Below the pieces are notes generated by a model, which saw only the letters and a program-made list of their open reading frames with translations, did not search any database and was not told the origin of the DNA. The translations under genes were made by a program, and so were the position numbers. DNA of 64,000 bases, from the NCBI GenBank assembly GCA_026770705.1, contig JANJGN010000021.1, positions 89,714,001 to 89,778,000 on the forward strand, given 5' to 3'. Positions 10,670-23,479 of the stretch are shown piece after piece (position 1 is the stretch's first letter; every line of letters starts with the position of its first letter). This stretch comes from Isurus oxyrinchus (taxonomy: Eukaryota).

Positions 10670-13470
10670 GCTCCACGCCATTTGACCACAACCTCCAGAT
10701 CGGGAAGTAAGAGGAAGAAAATTTTATCTTTGCCACAGTCCCATAGGATGTCATATGTACCTTTGAGAGGAGATGTTCCGTTACTGTGCGGGGCAGAAGC
10801 CTGATTGGAGGGGTTCAGCATGGAGTTTGGGGAAATAGGGGAACAGATTTGGGAGTGGTCAACTGTTTCAAATAATTTGTTGACAGGGAGGTTGCGGATG
10901 GGATGTTAGATTTGAATGACGGTTTGGCCAGGTGTTTCTATTTGAAGTGTTGGCGGAAGATTTAAATGAGAGGTGGACAATCCTTGAGATGAGAGGACCT
11001 TTTACAATGTAGATTAATATTGTAGCCAGGAAGGGGATTTGGGTGACCTAAAGGTTAATTGGAATAAGGTTTATTGGACGTTTTATGGCTAATCTTACAT
11101 GAATTATCAAGTATTGCGTTGGGCATATAAAGCACTTTAACCAGCTCTTGCAAAAGCTGGCATGAATTCTAAAGACCATATTTTTACTTTCTATTTCGCA
11201 CTTGTGTCGATATTTTGAGTTCTGTGTTCATTGGATTTCCAGTTTGTAGCTTATTACCTAGTTGCCATGCTAAAAGATAGGGTGCCATGGATAGCACAGA
11301 AAGTCGGTCTCATGGACAAGATAAGCTATAAACGGCATAGATGACGATGTGGGGAGTAGGATTAGGAGGTTTGCGGATGACACAAAGATTGGCCAGGTGG
11401 TTAACAGTGAGGTTGTGTCTTGGGCTACAGGAAGATATAGACAGGATGGTCAAGTGGGTAGATAAGTGGCAGATGGAATTTAACCATGAAAAGTGAGAGG
11501 TGAAGGAGTAATTTGGCAAGGAAGTATTCAATGAACGGCATAGCACTAAGAAGTTCTGAGGAACAAAGGGACCTTGGCGTGTGTGTCCATAGATCTCTGA
11601 AGGCAGAGGGACATGTTAGTGGGGTGGTGAAAAAGGCGTATGGGACACTTGCCTTTATCAATCGAGGCATAGATTACAAAAGTAGGGAGATCATGTTGGA
11701 GTTGTATAGAACCTTGGTGAGGCTACAGCTGGAGTACTGTGTGCAGTTCTGTTCACCACATTATAGGAAGGATATGATTGCACTGGAAAGGGTGCAGAGG
11801 AGATTCACCAGGTTGTTGCCTTTGATGAAACATTTCAGTTACCAAGAGAGGTTGGATAGACTTGGGTTATTTTCATTGGAGCAGAGAAGACTGAGGGGCG
11901 ACCTGATCGAGGTGCACAAGATTATGAGGGGCATGGACAGGGTGAGTAGGGAGCAGCTGTTCCCCTTATTTGAAGGGTCAGTCACAAGGGGACATAAGTT
12001 CAAGGTGATGGGCAGGAGGTTTAGGGGGGATGTAAGGAAAAACTTTTTTACTCAGAGGGTGGTAACGGTCTGGAATGCAATGCCTGGGAGGGTGGTGAAG
12101 GCGGGTTGCCTCACATCCTTTAAAAAGTACCTGGATAACATTCAAAGCTATGGGCCAAGTGCTGGTAAATGGGATTAGGTAGGTAGGTCAGGTGTTTCTC
12201 ACCTGTTGGTGCAGACTTGATGGGATAAAGGGCCTTTTCTGCACCGTGATTCTGTGATAAGCTCAGAGAGGAGATGAGTCGAGTTGTGAATGAAACTAGT
12301 GAATAGTGCAAGTTCAGCCCTATACAAGTGAATAGCAATAAAGAAGGATTGGCAGGAGGTCTAGTGGAAGGTACGGACACAGCAGAGGTAGCTGAATGAA
12401 TTGTCTCAATGTTAGTGCAAAGAAGTTCATGAACTCTACACACTAGTTGTTGGAGGCGAGGGTGGAACGTTCAGACAAGAGGGGTATAAAAACATGAAAC
12501 ACAACAGAGAAAATAAACTGAGTTATCTTGCTTTCCACAATAACCCCAGAATAATGAACAATTTTAGTAGACGACAGTAGGACCCTGTGCTATTCTAAAT
12601 GGACCAGCCAGATCCGGTGGAGAATGGCTAAATCAATTGTTTACCACATCCTTTTAAGCATGTGTCCCTTGGGCATAAGGAATGGAGATGGGGGCTTGTA
12701 TCGGCTCACTGCCAATCTGAGTGATAACAGTTGTTTTTATTGGAGACTAAGATATCAAAGGTAGAAGTGAGGATGCAGTTGACTAAATCATTAGCGGCAG
12801 AAATTTTGTGGGGAACGGAAGGTCAAAAGAAACAGAAAATTCAGAATTTGAAAATGCAGTTTTAAGTGAATTGGGGGATTCATTTTCCCAGGGAAGAATG
12901 CAGAACGATATAGGGTTGAAATGTGAAAGGGCGAAGTTGATTGTGTGTAATGCAAGGAAGTCAACAGAGATGATCTAATCTGTGATTGAAACGATGGGAG
13001 TAGTGAGACCTTTGAGATCCCAAGGTCAAGGGAATGGGAACATGAGTTTGGGAGTTTAACTTGAGGGAGAGATTTAGGGAGGATATCAATGCAGTGAATT
13101 TAGAGGAGAGAGAACACGCTGCATTGAGATAGAGGTTGACAACACTGAGGAAGGGAAATACTGATGAAATCCAGGATGATGAAAAAATTCATAACGGGAA
13201 GGGAGGGCCTAAATGATTTTGAAAGAGAGGCTAAGAGGGGTGGAAAACTATGAGAAGGTCAAAGGAGGACAAAATTTCAGAAGACAAGGGGTCAGGTTAA
13301 GGTGTGATCTTGTGATTAGCATCACACTGCCGCCATGGCAGTTTTGACGAGGGCAATGATGGAAGTTTCAGCCAGGCTGCGAAGCTTAATTAAGGGTGAA
13401 AGTGTCATCATCCTTCAGCTATGTTTCTGCGTGCAGTGTTCACAGGGTCAGCAGATGACTCGGGCTGGAA
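10670..13470 (-). mobile_element. Old L2-type LINE interrupted by insertions at 11087-11295 and 11328-12255
   Basis: Minus strand 10670-10770 gives TSPLKGTYDILWDCGKDKIFFLLLPDL (L2 RT ETALxKVTNDIL...LLxLLDLSAAFD). Purine-rich L2-antisense sequence resumes at 12264. Confidence 0.7.
11328..12255 (+). mobile_element. Relatively young 5'-truncated CR1 (HER1-like) LINE with target-site duplication
   Basis: Open 221-aa ORF 11513..12178 (EQRDLGV, LYRTLVR, LEYCVQF, ERVQRRFTR, RRLRGDLIE, FFTQRVV) is the CR1 ORF2 C-terminus. 3' tail gattctgt. GATAAGCT flanks at 11320-11327 and 12256-12263. Confidence 0.95.
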
Positions 13471-13694
13471 GAAGATAGTAATTTTAATGAGAAAAATAAT
13501 TGTGCAACTCTTAATACCTGCAATTTCCATTTTGGTGGTATCGTTGTAATATTACTCCATCAATTGGAAAAAACCTGTTTCATCCCATGCGAATGTTCTC
13601 ATAACCTTCCTCTTCAGCATTCCTGAAGTATAGGCAAGGCTGTGCTGCTCTTATTTGTTATCATATAATGATAGGTGTTGTACGTAAATAAGTA

Positions 13695-14107
13695 GAATTC
13701 TACTTCTACCTCAGGACGTCCCTTCACCTCATCTCCAACGAAGTATTTCTCAAGTGGAGTCACTTTTGCAATTTAAGGGAGAAAGTCAGCTGATGTGAGC
13801 ATGGTAAAATGCAACAGAGAGAATTGAAGTAAATAAACATTTTTTAGGCTCTCACCTGAGGGCAACGTATTAGTCATGGCACAAAGGGACCTTCCCCATT
13901 TAAATTTGAATTATGTCGTGCGAACATTTATTTTTCCCAAGAGCACACGTGGTTCAATGTCTCGTTCGAAAGACAGTGATTACAGCAGTTTTGCACTCCT
14001 TCAATGTTGCATTGAAGTGTAAATCTGGACCATGTTATCAAATAATGAACTAGAATTTGAACACGCAATCTTCTAACGCAGATTGTGGAGTATTACTACT
14101 AAGCAAG
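13695..14107 (-). mobile_element. Decayed tRNA-derived Deu-domain SINE (SacSINE1-like)
   Basis: ggttcaatgtctcgttcgaaagacagt...gcactccttcaatgttgcattgaagtgt followed by atttgaacacgcaatcttctaacgcaga (antisense B box) resembles the shark DeuSINE head. Confidence 0.65.
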
Positions 14108-14214
14108 TTAATTTTCTGGTGCCATGTTTTACATAAGTTTTACATTTAGCGACCATGGCATATCAACTTTCATGGTCTTTGATCGCAGCCAACATTTTGG
14201 TGCTTTCCTCAAAT

Positions 14215-15035
14215 GTTGTACATTTTATGCTTCTAACACTGACGGTCTATTTCCTCCGTTGTCTCCTTCTTGATTTGCTACATTTAATTTTACCAGTCAC
14301 TACAAGTACTTCGAGTTTATCACTCCCAAGTACGTGTCCAAATAATTGTAGTTGCCCCTTGGTAATTATCTGCAGAAGATTTTCTTGTGTGCCAATTTTC
14401 CTCAAAACATTACCTGTTAGATGGGTATGTTGTTCAACCAACACTCATCATGTGTCTCCGAAACCGAGTCTCTGTTACTTTTAAGTTACCTTTCATGGCC
14501 TGCTTATATTATAACATGCGATTCCATATAGTAATAGTGACCAGAGATAGTATTTGGTACTCTCCTTATATTTCCTATAGATATGTTCATATTTCTAAAG
14601 TGTTCTCACATTTTTGTGAAGGTTGGTTCTGCCATTGTTTTACACTTCCCAATGTCTCAATTGTTTTCCCTTCAGGTGCTATACGAAAATATGAACTTGG
14701 AGCAGGAGTAGACCTCTCGTGTCTGCTCCATCATTTGATAAGACCATGGCTGATCATGCCGTGACCTCTACTTTCCTGTCTACCCACTGTACCCTTTGAC
14801 TCCTTTGATACAAACATAGGAATTTGCAGCAGTAGTATTAGGCTACCCATAGAATAAAATGATAATGCTTGTTTTATTTCTTGTGATAAGCCAGTATACG
14901 GATACCATGGTTACCATGCCTACCGTTTTACTGCAGTTTAATGATAATCCATATCTGTTACTCTTTGTTATAGTTGTGACCAGGAGTCTTTGTAGATCTC
15001 CTCCTGCAATGTAATAGCTAATAAAACAGTTGACA
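14215..15035 (-). mobile_element. RTE-clade LINE, 3' part (after YADD), with a short CR1 3' end inserted at ~14685-14840
   Basis: TVLLA...DLQRLLVTTITKSNRYGLSLNCSKTVGMV and QLQLFGHVLGSDKLEVLVVTGKIKCSKSRRRQRRK are RTE ORF C-terminal motifs. Confidence 0.85.
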
Positions 15036-15039
15036 GCAG

Positions 15040-16240
15040 AAATCTTGGAACTGATAATATAGCTAAATTGACAAAGCAAGGGGGTGTATATGATGCAGCA
15101 AAAGTAAAATAGATAAATGAATAATGTGAAGGAATTGCAGGGCTAGAGGAAAAGTACATTCAAAAGATGTATAAAAAGATGGAACAATTTACCAACTCTA
15201 GGAAAACACTCTAGTGGAAGCAATTGGATTAGGCAAAATATTGCACGATATAGTGAAGGAAAGTGACATCATGAGAAAATGGGAATAATATACAGAAGAA
15301 CTATTATCTGACAAAAGACGGGGAAGAAAACTTTGCAAAGAGAATAGACGGGCCACATTTATGAAGTAATGGAAGATATCAAGAAAATATAGAAGGGTAA
15401 ATCTATGGGACCAGATGACATTTGTGCAGGAAATAGATTGGCTTGAGAAGATTTTAGATATGACGTGATGACACAATTCTACAATTAAATGCTCAACGCT
15501 GGCTTAATTGTAAGTTTGTAATTATGGTACTGCCTAAAAGACCATTAGTAATAGAATGGAACTTCATAGGAGAACCAGTCCCATGGTTCAGAGAATCAAT
15601 TTTATTCCAAGAACGATTACGAGAATTAGACCAGAGCCATCATAAACATAATCTGCAAGTGCTGGTAAATGGGATTAGGTAGGTAGGTCAGGTGTTTCAC
15701 ACGTGTCGGTGCAGACTCGATGGGCCAAAGGGCCTCTTCTGCACGGTGATTCTGTGATTCTGTGATAATATGGGTCTATTGAAGGAGCACCAACAATAAA
15801 CGCATCATCTGTGTTAACAACTATTAGCGGTAGTCCAAAAACATCAAGGCCAAGATTTTACGGCCTTCCACCCGGCGGGATATTACGTCTCATCCAAATG
15901 AATAGAGATTTAAATGTCTCGCCGCATCTGCGCAGTGGGTGAGGGGGGAGTGGGCGGGAGGTGGGGGGGGGGGGGTGGTGTGGCAGGGTGGGTGTAGGGG
16001 TGTTGGGTCAATGGTAGGGGGCTGGGGGAGGCACGCCTGGCTCAAGACATTTCAATGAGCGAGGCGCTCTGAAATGATACATAATTTGGACCTAGAAGTG
16101 AAAGAGAACTGCGACAAGGTTGTGTTCTGTCACAGATCTTTTTAATCTTTACAGTGAAATGATTGTCAGATACCTATCAGATTTACTAGCATTTTCAATA
16201 GGTGGATAGGTTATATATAACCTAAAACATTTGGTGACGG
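15040..16240 (+). mobile_element. RTE-clade LINE, upstream RT part in the opposite orientation; contains a CR1 tail and a G-rich insert
   Basis: 16110-16240 reads RQGCVLS/DLFNLYSEMIVR...IGG*VIYNLKH, i.e. the RT up to the YADD position. Confidence 0.75.
15655..15768 (+). mobile_element. CR1 (HER1-like) extreme 3' fragment
   Basis: Close match to 12157-12258, ending gattctgtgattctgtgat. Confidence 0.9.
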
Positions 16241-16244
16241 TAAT

Positions 16245-16640
16245 TATGGCAGTTGGAGAAGAAAATGTGTAACAAATACGATTTGTTTGGTGGTATCATC
16301 ACGCTTGAGTTGACAGAGATGGCAGAAAATGAGTATAACGACTTGTGGAGTGGAAGTGGAGAACATGAGAAAACCTATCCGGTTCTTTGAGGGAGGGGAA
16401 GGGAAGGGCAAGAGTTTCTGTTTGAATGTTTTACTCACTAATCATCTCTTTCTATTTAATTGTTGTACATATTTCAGTTTTCTCTTTACCTGTAGTGCTT
16501 AAAGTTTTTACTACACCCTCTTCCCTTTCAGTGTTTTCAAAATATTATCAGCTAACATTTTCACTTCAGCATTCAGTGCCCCCAACGCCAACCCCTCCCC
16601 TCAACTCCATCAAATTAATATGTGGAAGTCGTTGTAAGCG
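16245..16640 (-). mobile_element. Penelope-like fragment
   Basis: 16245-16400 resembles 6060-6110 and the reverse complement of 6330-6400. Right boundary uncertain. Confidence 0.55.
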
Positions 16641-18579
16641 TCCTATTTATCCTTTCTGTTAGAACCCAGGGCCTAATCCAGTGGAGTGGAACACATAGCA
16701 ATGGTACGGCCCCTTTCAGACCCAGTGCCATAATTCGTGCCCCATGAAATGGTTTAACTCCTTACCGCATTATTCGTGTTCACCGCCCTAGTCCCCTTAA
16801 ATTTATTATGTAGTTGGTTAATAATCGGAGAATATAGCCCATATATTTTTCCTTTATCTTAGCTAATGGATTCAGCACTTCTTGATTATTTTTCTCCATC
16901 TTGTTGGTAGCAACATGCATCAAATTGTTAAATGATTCTCTTATATGATATCTTTTGAAGTCCGTTTGATGTATTCCTCACCTTGACACAAGTTATGCGA
17001 TATACTATGTGAAACTCTTGATTTTATTTACACACAATGGTATCCGTCACTCACGTTATACGGTATCCCAAAATGTTAGTTTCCACAAGCACTCAGTTTA
17101 ATTTCCTTTTCTTGGCATTATGACCGATCCTTCACACAACAAAATCGTCCTGATTTACAGGTTATGAATTTCTTTGCCTGTGTCTCTGGCTCTGCCTCAT
17201 AGAGCTGTTAGGCACACCGTTGTCAACTGTGATAAATGAAACACATTTATCTTCCCTGTTACAGATTACTTTCCCCGACCTTCTTCCATTCAACCTCAAC
17301 CCTTACACTGCATACAGACTTCTGAAAGTACTATACAAGTTCAGTTGCACCTGTTCCTATCATGTCAATATTTGACTCTTCACCTTGAAAGACCTAAACT
17401 CCATACAATCGCATCATAGCTGTAAGAATGCATTAATAAAAAGGCAATTTCCAGATTACACGCTCTAAAGTTGAACAGAAATCTTCACACTTCAAATTGC
17501 TGACGGGGCATGAAGAAGAAAAAACTGAGCAAGAGAGCATAGGGTACTTTAGCATGTGCGTTTTCAGGAGCAAATCATCATAGATTGAACTCTCGGATCA
17601 GCAGTGCTTAAGGGGCTGCTTTTCAACGGGAGGGCAGTCACTTAATTCTGCCACATTTCCCAGCATAAGGAGGAGCCCAACACCAGCAATGGCCGACGAT
17701 GACAATGAAGATTACCGTAGGTCAAAGCTGTAATACATCTGCCCTCTTGAAATTTTTTCTGTGAACATCAACTACTTTAGATTGCATGGAATATCTGCCA
17801 CAGCAGTGAAATATGCTTAGTGAGATGTCAGCAATCCGTCATCTTCGCTATAACTGTTGTAAAGTGCGAAGAAATAGCATTGGAATTTACTCATGTGCTT
17901 GGTTCCCAAGTACAGTGCATCACAGGCTGTGTACACGAAGCCCTGTGTGCTCCCCGTCATAAAGAAGCCATGTTTGTGAAGATAAAGTGTTTCCATTCTT
18001 TAATTTATAACTTGTTTATAACCACAAGCGCAGAGTCATGCAGGTTTGTAATGGACCTCCTGGCACTTTGAGTCAGGCAGTCCGAAGGGGCAAGTACTTC
18101 TGTTGGACACTTAATCATATCTGGCTCATGACAGCTGTCACAAGTGCGACATAGAGTTGCAGAATTGGGTTATCAAGTGAGTCACGTATCGCTGTTTTCC
18201 ACTTAGCAAAAGGTTTGTGCCCTTAAGCAACGCTTCCACTGAGTTGACATATCTTCAATCACCTTCAGTATAACGCAGAAATATGCTCAATTGTTTTCAT
18301 GCTTGGTGCATATTTTCTCCCATGCAGTTATTCAAAGAATTGCTTTCACGATTGTTAAGCAGGAACAAGTAGAATAAAAAGATGAAGAATAGGATTCGGA
18401 GTCAGGGATCGCAGAAGTATAGAGAGATTACAGATCGTCAGAGGACGTTATTGAAAATTGATTCTGCTGATCCTTTATCCATACTTTATCCAACACTAAC
18501 ATCACTACATCCATTTGACCCAGTGCTTACGCTTATCATGTTTACGCGTTCAAGATGTAAAACGTTTGTGTCCCGCTAA

Positions 18580-18990
18580 TACCAGATTTTGCGGTGAACA
18601 GCGAAGCCAGGGTGTTCACCGCCGACTGCACACGCACATACACGCAAACAAAACAAACTGAATTCACCCGGTTCGTGGACTGCAGCAGAAAATTACTCTT
18701 TCTGCTGTAGCATGGCATTAGTGACGAAACTAGTGAAGAGGCCTAGCTGCGAGGGGCGTTGCCTGAAGCAACGTCGCTAACCCCGTCCCCAGATGAAGGC
18801 ACGGCCTTTGAGAGCATGCAGTTCCTGCAATGTTCAGTTGATTTCTTTATTACCACTTTAAATAGTTTTGAACACTTAAAAAAACACACTTAATTAGTTT
18901 TAAAATATTGTGTAAACTTTCATTTCGATAGTTTATATAGTTTGCATCGATGCAAATTGCCATTTTAATACATTTTTCAATTTAAAAGAT
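18580..18990. mobile_element. Probable non-autonomous DNA transposon remnant
   Basis: CpG-retaining segment with internal palindromes (gcggtgaaca...tgttcaccgc; gcgttgc...gcaacgt) followed by an AT-rich tract, similar in style to 43590-43772. Confidence 0.4.
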
Positions 18991-20489
18991 AAAGAGTTCG
19001 TGAAATATGGATGACTGTTCAGTGAAATGGCTGCAAACGTCAGTTAGCTTTGGGTATGGCGCCGGTAAGTACTCAGGTCTTATCTCCCATCTGAAACCCT
19101 AGTGAAATACATTGGAGCTCTGCATTTGTTGTTATTCCTGAGATGACTAGCTAGGCAAAAAATATGTACTTTGCAATTCTCGATCAGTTGAGGGGGCTCA
19201 TCATGCCCGGGAAACTTCCTTAACATGGGATGGCCTGGTCATTCTGAAATATGTTAATAAGCCTGGCACAGTGAGGACCGATCGCAATCATAGTGCTGCA
19301 GGTTACTGTAGACAGGCACCAATACAAACGAAGACGTTTTATGTAGTTGGTATGGCGATAATAAAGAAAATGTAAATACGCGAGGAGGCAAGAAGATAAG
19401 ATATCGTGCAGACGGGCAAGCCAGCCACTACAACTCTAATGTATACAACGACTGGTAAACAACACCCAGCGACGTGTTATCTGTTGCTGTGCACGCATCT
19501 GCCTCAGAAGAGATCAGTTTCCTGGTATAGAGAAGATGCAGGAGGATATCGGCTGCCAACTGTTGTAGAGTGGATGTATTTTTCTATTTTGGGATTTTAA
19601 ACAACAGACACATTTGGCTGGGCGATCATCATTGTCTTTTTTGAGGGAATGTTGGTGTGTTATTTATTGAGAATGAGTACTACAATTTACTCTTTGTATT
19701 CTATTTGAGTCTTTTGTTCTTACAGGTTAGTCTGTAGTCATTGTTGTTTCAATCTGGTTCGGGACAAATAACTTATGTTGAAACGTAGACGAAATTTGAA
19801 ATCCTAGATACTAAGAAAATAAAGGTACAATATTCCACAGTTTTAAACAAAAAGAAGAATTTTACTGCAAAAGAGTGAACAAAGCAAACAGTCAATATTG
19901 TCTATCCTATAATCCATCTGCCAGAAATGACACGAGTCAAACATGAATTTAACAGGCAATCTGTGGTTAAACACACATCACAATCTGCACACCAAATGGG
20001 TAGACACAACCAATATAGATCCCTTTAATTTCTCAGCAGCCCACCCAGTGCTGCAGGTTACCTTAGACAGGCACCAATGCAAGCACAAAATCCTTCCAAT
20101 TCTCTCTTCCCCGTGAATGATTTCAGTTCCTCTCCTTCGAGGATTTAGCCTCTGATTTACCTTTGACAGTGAATCCAACTCAGCTGGAAAGCTCCCTTGC
20201 TTCTTCTGCCTTCAATGAGTTGTCAGGCAACAGGACACCATCTTAAATTGCCTAAACGACTGTTCACCTCTCGGCTTCACAATCCATTATCCCGAGACTG
20301 CATGCCACTGAGTTTACATGGCTGCACTTCGGCATCGAATCACTGGCACAATCCCATCTCTCTAGCTGTACTGAGCAACCAACCACTGGTTATGGCCTTT
20401 TCTTTGCCTCAATTCCCAACTTCACGGAGCAGGCATCTTTTCAACTTCACTAAACCCACAATGACTTCCTCCCTTTACTATTTCTAATC

Positions 20490-21545
20490 GCTACCAAAAT
20501 GATTGTATACCCAGATTCTTCAAGCTAAGTTCGTCTTTCAGTGCTGATTTAATGCCATCATTAATTAACAGATGTATCTCACCAACTTTTACCATCTTCC
20601 TGTTATTCCAATATGTTAAATACGCTTCAACATTTAGGTGCCAGCCTTGGTCACCTTTAACCATGTCTATATAATGTCTATCACTTAATACATATTTATC
20701 TCTATCTGTGTTAATAACTCATCCCTCTTTTTACAAATGCTGCGTGCATTCAGATACAGGTCCTTAAACTCTTTATTTTACTTTTGTGATCTCTGGCCTT
20801 ATCGGCTGGTGAACCTTTAGGATTCTATGTTCCATCCTTCTTTCCATTCTCTGGTAATCATTACCCAAATTTCTGCCCCGACCTATCACTTTGTTGTTTC
20901 CCTTTACTTTACTACCTTGCCTCTCATACGATCCCTTCCCCTCATTACTCAGGCTAAAACCCTCTCTATGGATCTAGTAATACAATTCGCCAGAACACTG
21001 GTCCCAGCACAGTTCCACAGTCCAAGTACAGACTGCCCTAAAGATACAACTCCAACATTCCCTAGTACTGGTGCCAGTGCTCCATGAGTTGAAACCCATC
21101 TTTTGCACACTTACCTTTGAACCATCCATTAAGATCTCTAATCTTATTTACCCCACGTCCATTTGCTCATGGATCCGGTAAAAATCTAGAGATTACCTTT
21201 AACGTTCTGCTCTTTATATTTAGCTCATAGTTGCTCATACTCTCTCAGCAGAACTTCTTTCCTAGTCTTATCTATGTCGTTGATACTACGTGAACTGCAG
21301 GAACCAAATCTTCCCCTTCCATTGCAAATTCCTCCCCAGTCAGAGCAAGTGTCCCGAACCAAGGCACTGGGCAGGCAACACAGCTGTCTGCATTCTCAGT
21401 CTCGGTTGCAGAGAACTCTGTCTATGCCTCTGATTATACCCCTATTAGCAAAATATTCCTATTTACTCCCTCCGCTTGAGTGGTTTCCTGTACCACAGTG
21501 CCATGGCCAGTTAACCGATTCAGCCAGCAGCCCACGCTCTCATGC
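20490..21545 (-). mobile_element. CR1 5' portion: ORF1 esterase remnant and start of the ORF2 endonuclease
   Basis: Antisense of tgcgtgcattcagataca gives LYLNARSI (APE start). Upstream LCCLPSA and GFQLMEHWHQY are typical of the CR1 ORF1 SGNH-esterase region. Confidence 0.75.
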
Positions 21546-22049
21546 AAACAAACTGAACGAACCCCAAATGGGACACCATTAATCCGGGGAACTGCAACAC
21601 ACTTCTCCCTTAGCTATGTGGATACATGCCAAAGTCAATGAAATCAGAAAATTACATCAGTTACATGATTAATGCAGGCCCTTGAAGTGCTCTTTGAGAT
21701 GTTGCACATGTACAAGTTAAATTTGTGCAGCACTTCAATCTCCCTTGTGTGCTAAATATTTATTTTAGTGCCTCAAAGGAAACTTGGACGTGGAAAGCTG
21801 TTGAACTTCTGCTGAGTGCACATTTGATGTTATTTGATAGCATTGATGCTCGCTGGTTGTTGGGGAGCTGGCTGCAGTGCTCACAATTTCCATCAGGCTC
21901 TATAATCCTAACGAGATTCTGGACTCCAGAGTTATGATGGAAGTGGTAGCAGCATAAATTGAAGCTGTGAACAGCAGGGTCTGTGGCAGCAAGTCCCTGT
22001 GCTGACCACTCTTCCCAAGATTGGATTGTTTTGATTAACTCCATTATTC

Positions 22050-23440
22050 AAACAGAGATGAAGCCAGGAAGCGGGAAACTACAGGCCAGTTAGTTTATCA
22101 TTCGTCTTCGGGAAAATATTTGAAGCTATTATTGAAGAAGTTATAGCAGGGCACTTGGATAACCCCAAGATCATCAGGCAAAGGCAACTTGGTTTGAGAA
22201 AAGGAGATCTTGTTTAACCAATTTATTTGAGTTATTTGCGGAAGTAACGTGCTGTGGATGAAGAACAGCCGGTAGATGTACTGCACTTAGATTTCCAGAA
22301 GGCATTTGATAAAGTGACACATCAAAGATTATTGATGAAAATAAAACTCATGGGGGTAACAAATTGGCATGGATAGAAGATTTGCTGTCTAACAGGAAGC
22401 AAAGATGAGGCATAATTGGGTCTTTTTCAGTTTCGCAAGCCATAACGAGCGGCGTGCCACAGGGAATGTTGCAATTTATATAAATGACTTGGATGAAGGA
22501 ATTGAAGGGATATTTGCGAAAATTTGCTGATGGCACAAAGATAGCCAGGTAAACAAGTTGTGAAAAGGACATAAGGAGGCTACAAAAAGATATCGATATG
22601 TTACATAAATGGGCAAAGATCTGGCAGATGGAGTATAATGGGGGGAAATGTGAAATTGTCCATCTTGGCAGGAAGAATAAAAGAGAAGCATATTATGACT
22701 CACCATGAATGAACCAAAGAGGGATCTGGGTGTCCTAGTGCATCAATAACAAAAAAGTTAGTATGCAAGTGCAGCAAGTAATTAGGAAAGACAATGGAAT
22801 GTTATCATTTATTGCGAGGGGGATTTGAATACAAAAGTAGAGAGGTTATGCTTCAGTTGTCCAGGGCACTAGTGAGACCACATCTGGGGCACTGTGTACG
22901 ATATTGGTCATCTTATTTAAGGAAGGATGCAAATGCGTTGGAAGCAGTTCAGAGAAGGTTTTTTTTTTACCAGACTAATACCTACAATGGGTGGGGTTGT
23001 CTTATGAGGAAAGGTTGGGCAAAATAGGCCTGTATCTGCTGGAGTTTGGAAGAGTAAGAGGCGACTTGATCAAAACATACAGGATCCTGATGGGTCTTTA
23101 CAGGGTGAATGCGAACAGGATGTTTCCTCTTGTGGAAGAATCTAGAACTCGGGGGCACTGTTTAAAAATAAGGGTTGTCCATTTAAAACAAAGATGAGGT
23201 GAATTCTTCACTCAGAGGGTCGTGAGTCTTTGAAACTCTCTTCCTGAAAAAGTGGTGGAAGCAGAGCCTTTGAATATTTTTAAGGCAGAGGTGCACAGAT
23301 TCTTGGTAGGCAAGGGGGTGATAGGTTATCGATGGTAGATGGGATGCAGATTTCAGGTTGCTATCAGATCAGCCATGATCTTACTAAATGGTGGAACGGG
23401 ATCAGGATGCTGAATGGTTTACTACCGCCCCTTGTTCGAA
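22050..23440 (+). mobile_element. CR1 LINE, RT to 3' end, frameshifted
   Basis: NYRPVSL, LDFQKAFDKV, GVPQG, KFADGTK, LVRPHLGHCVRYWS, RGDLIKTYRIL motifs and a CR1 3' UTR. Confidence 0.92.
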
Positions 23441-23479
23441 TATTTGTATGTTTGTAATGCCCCGTCAGTGTACTTTACA

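Noticed and set aside
11513-12178. Longest ORF (221 aa) as a host gene
   Set aside because: It is the C-terminus of CR1 ORF2 within a 5'-truncated insertion flanked by a target-site duplication.
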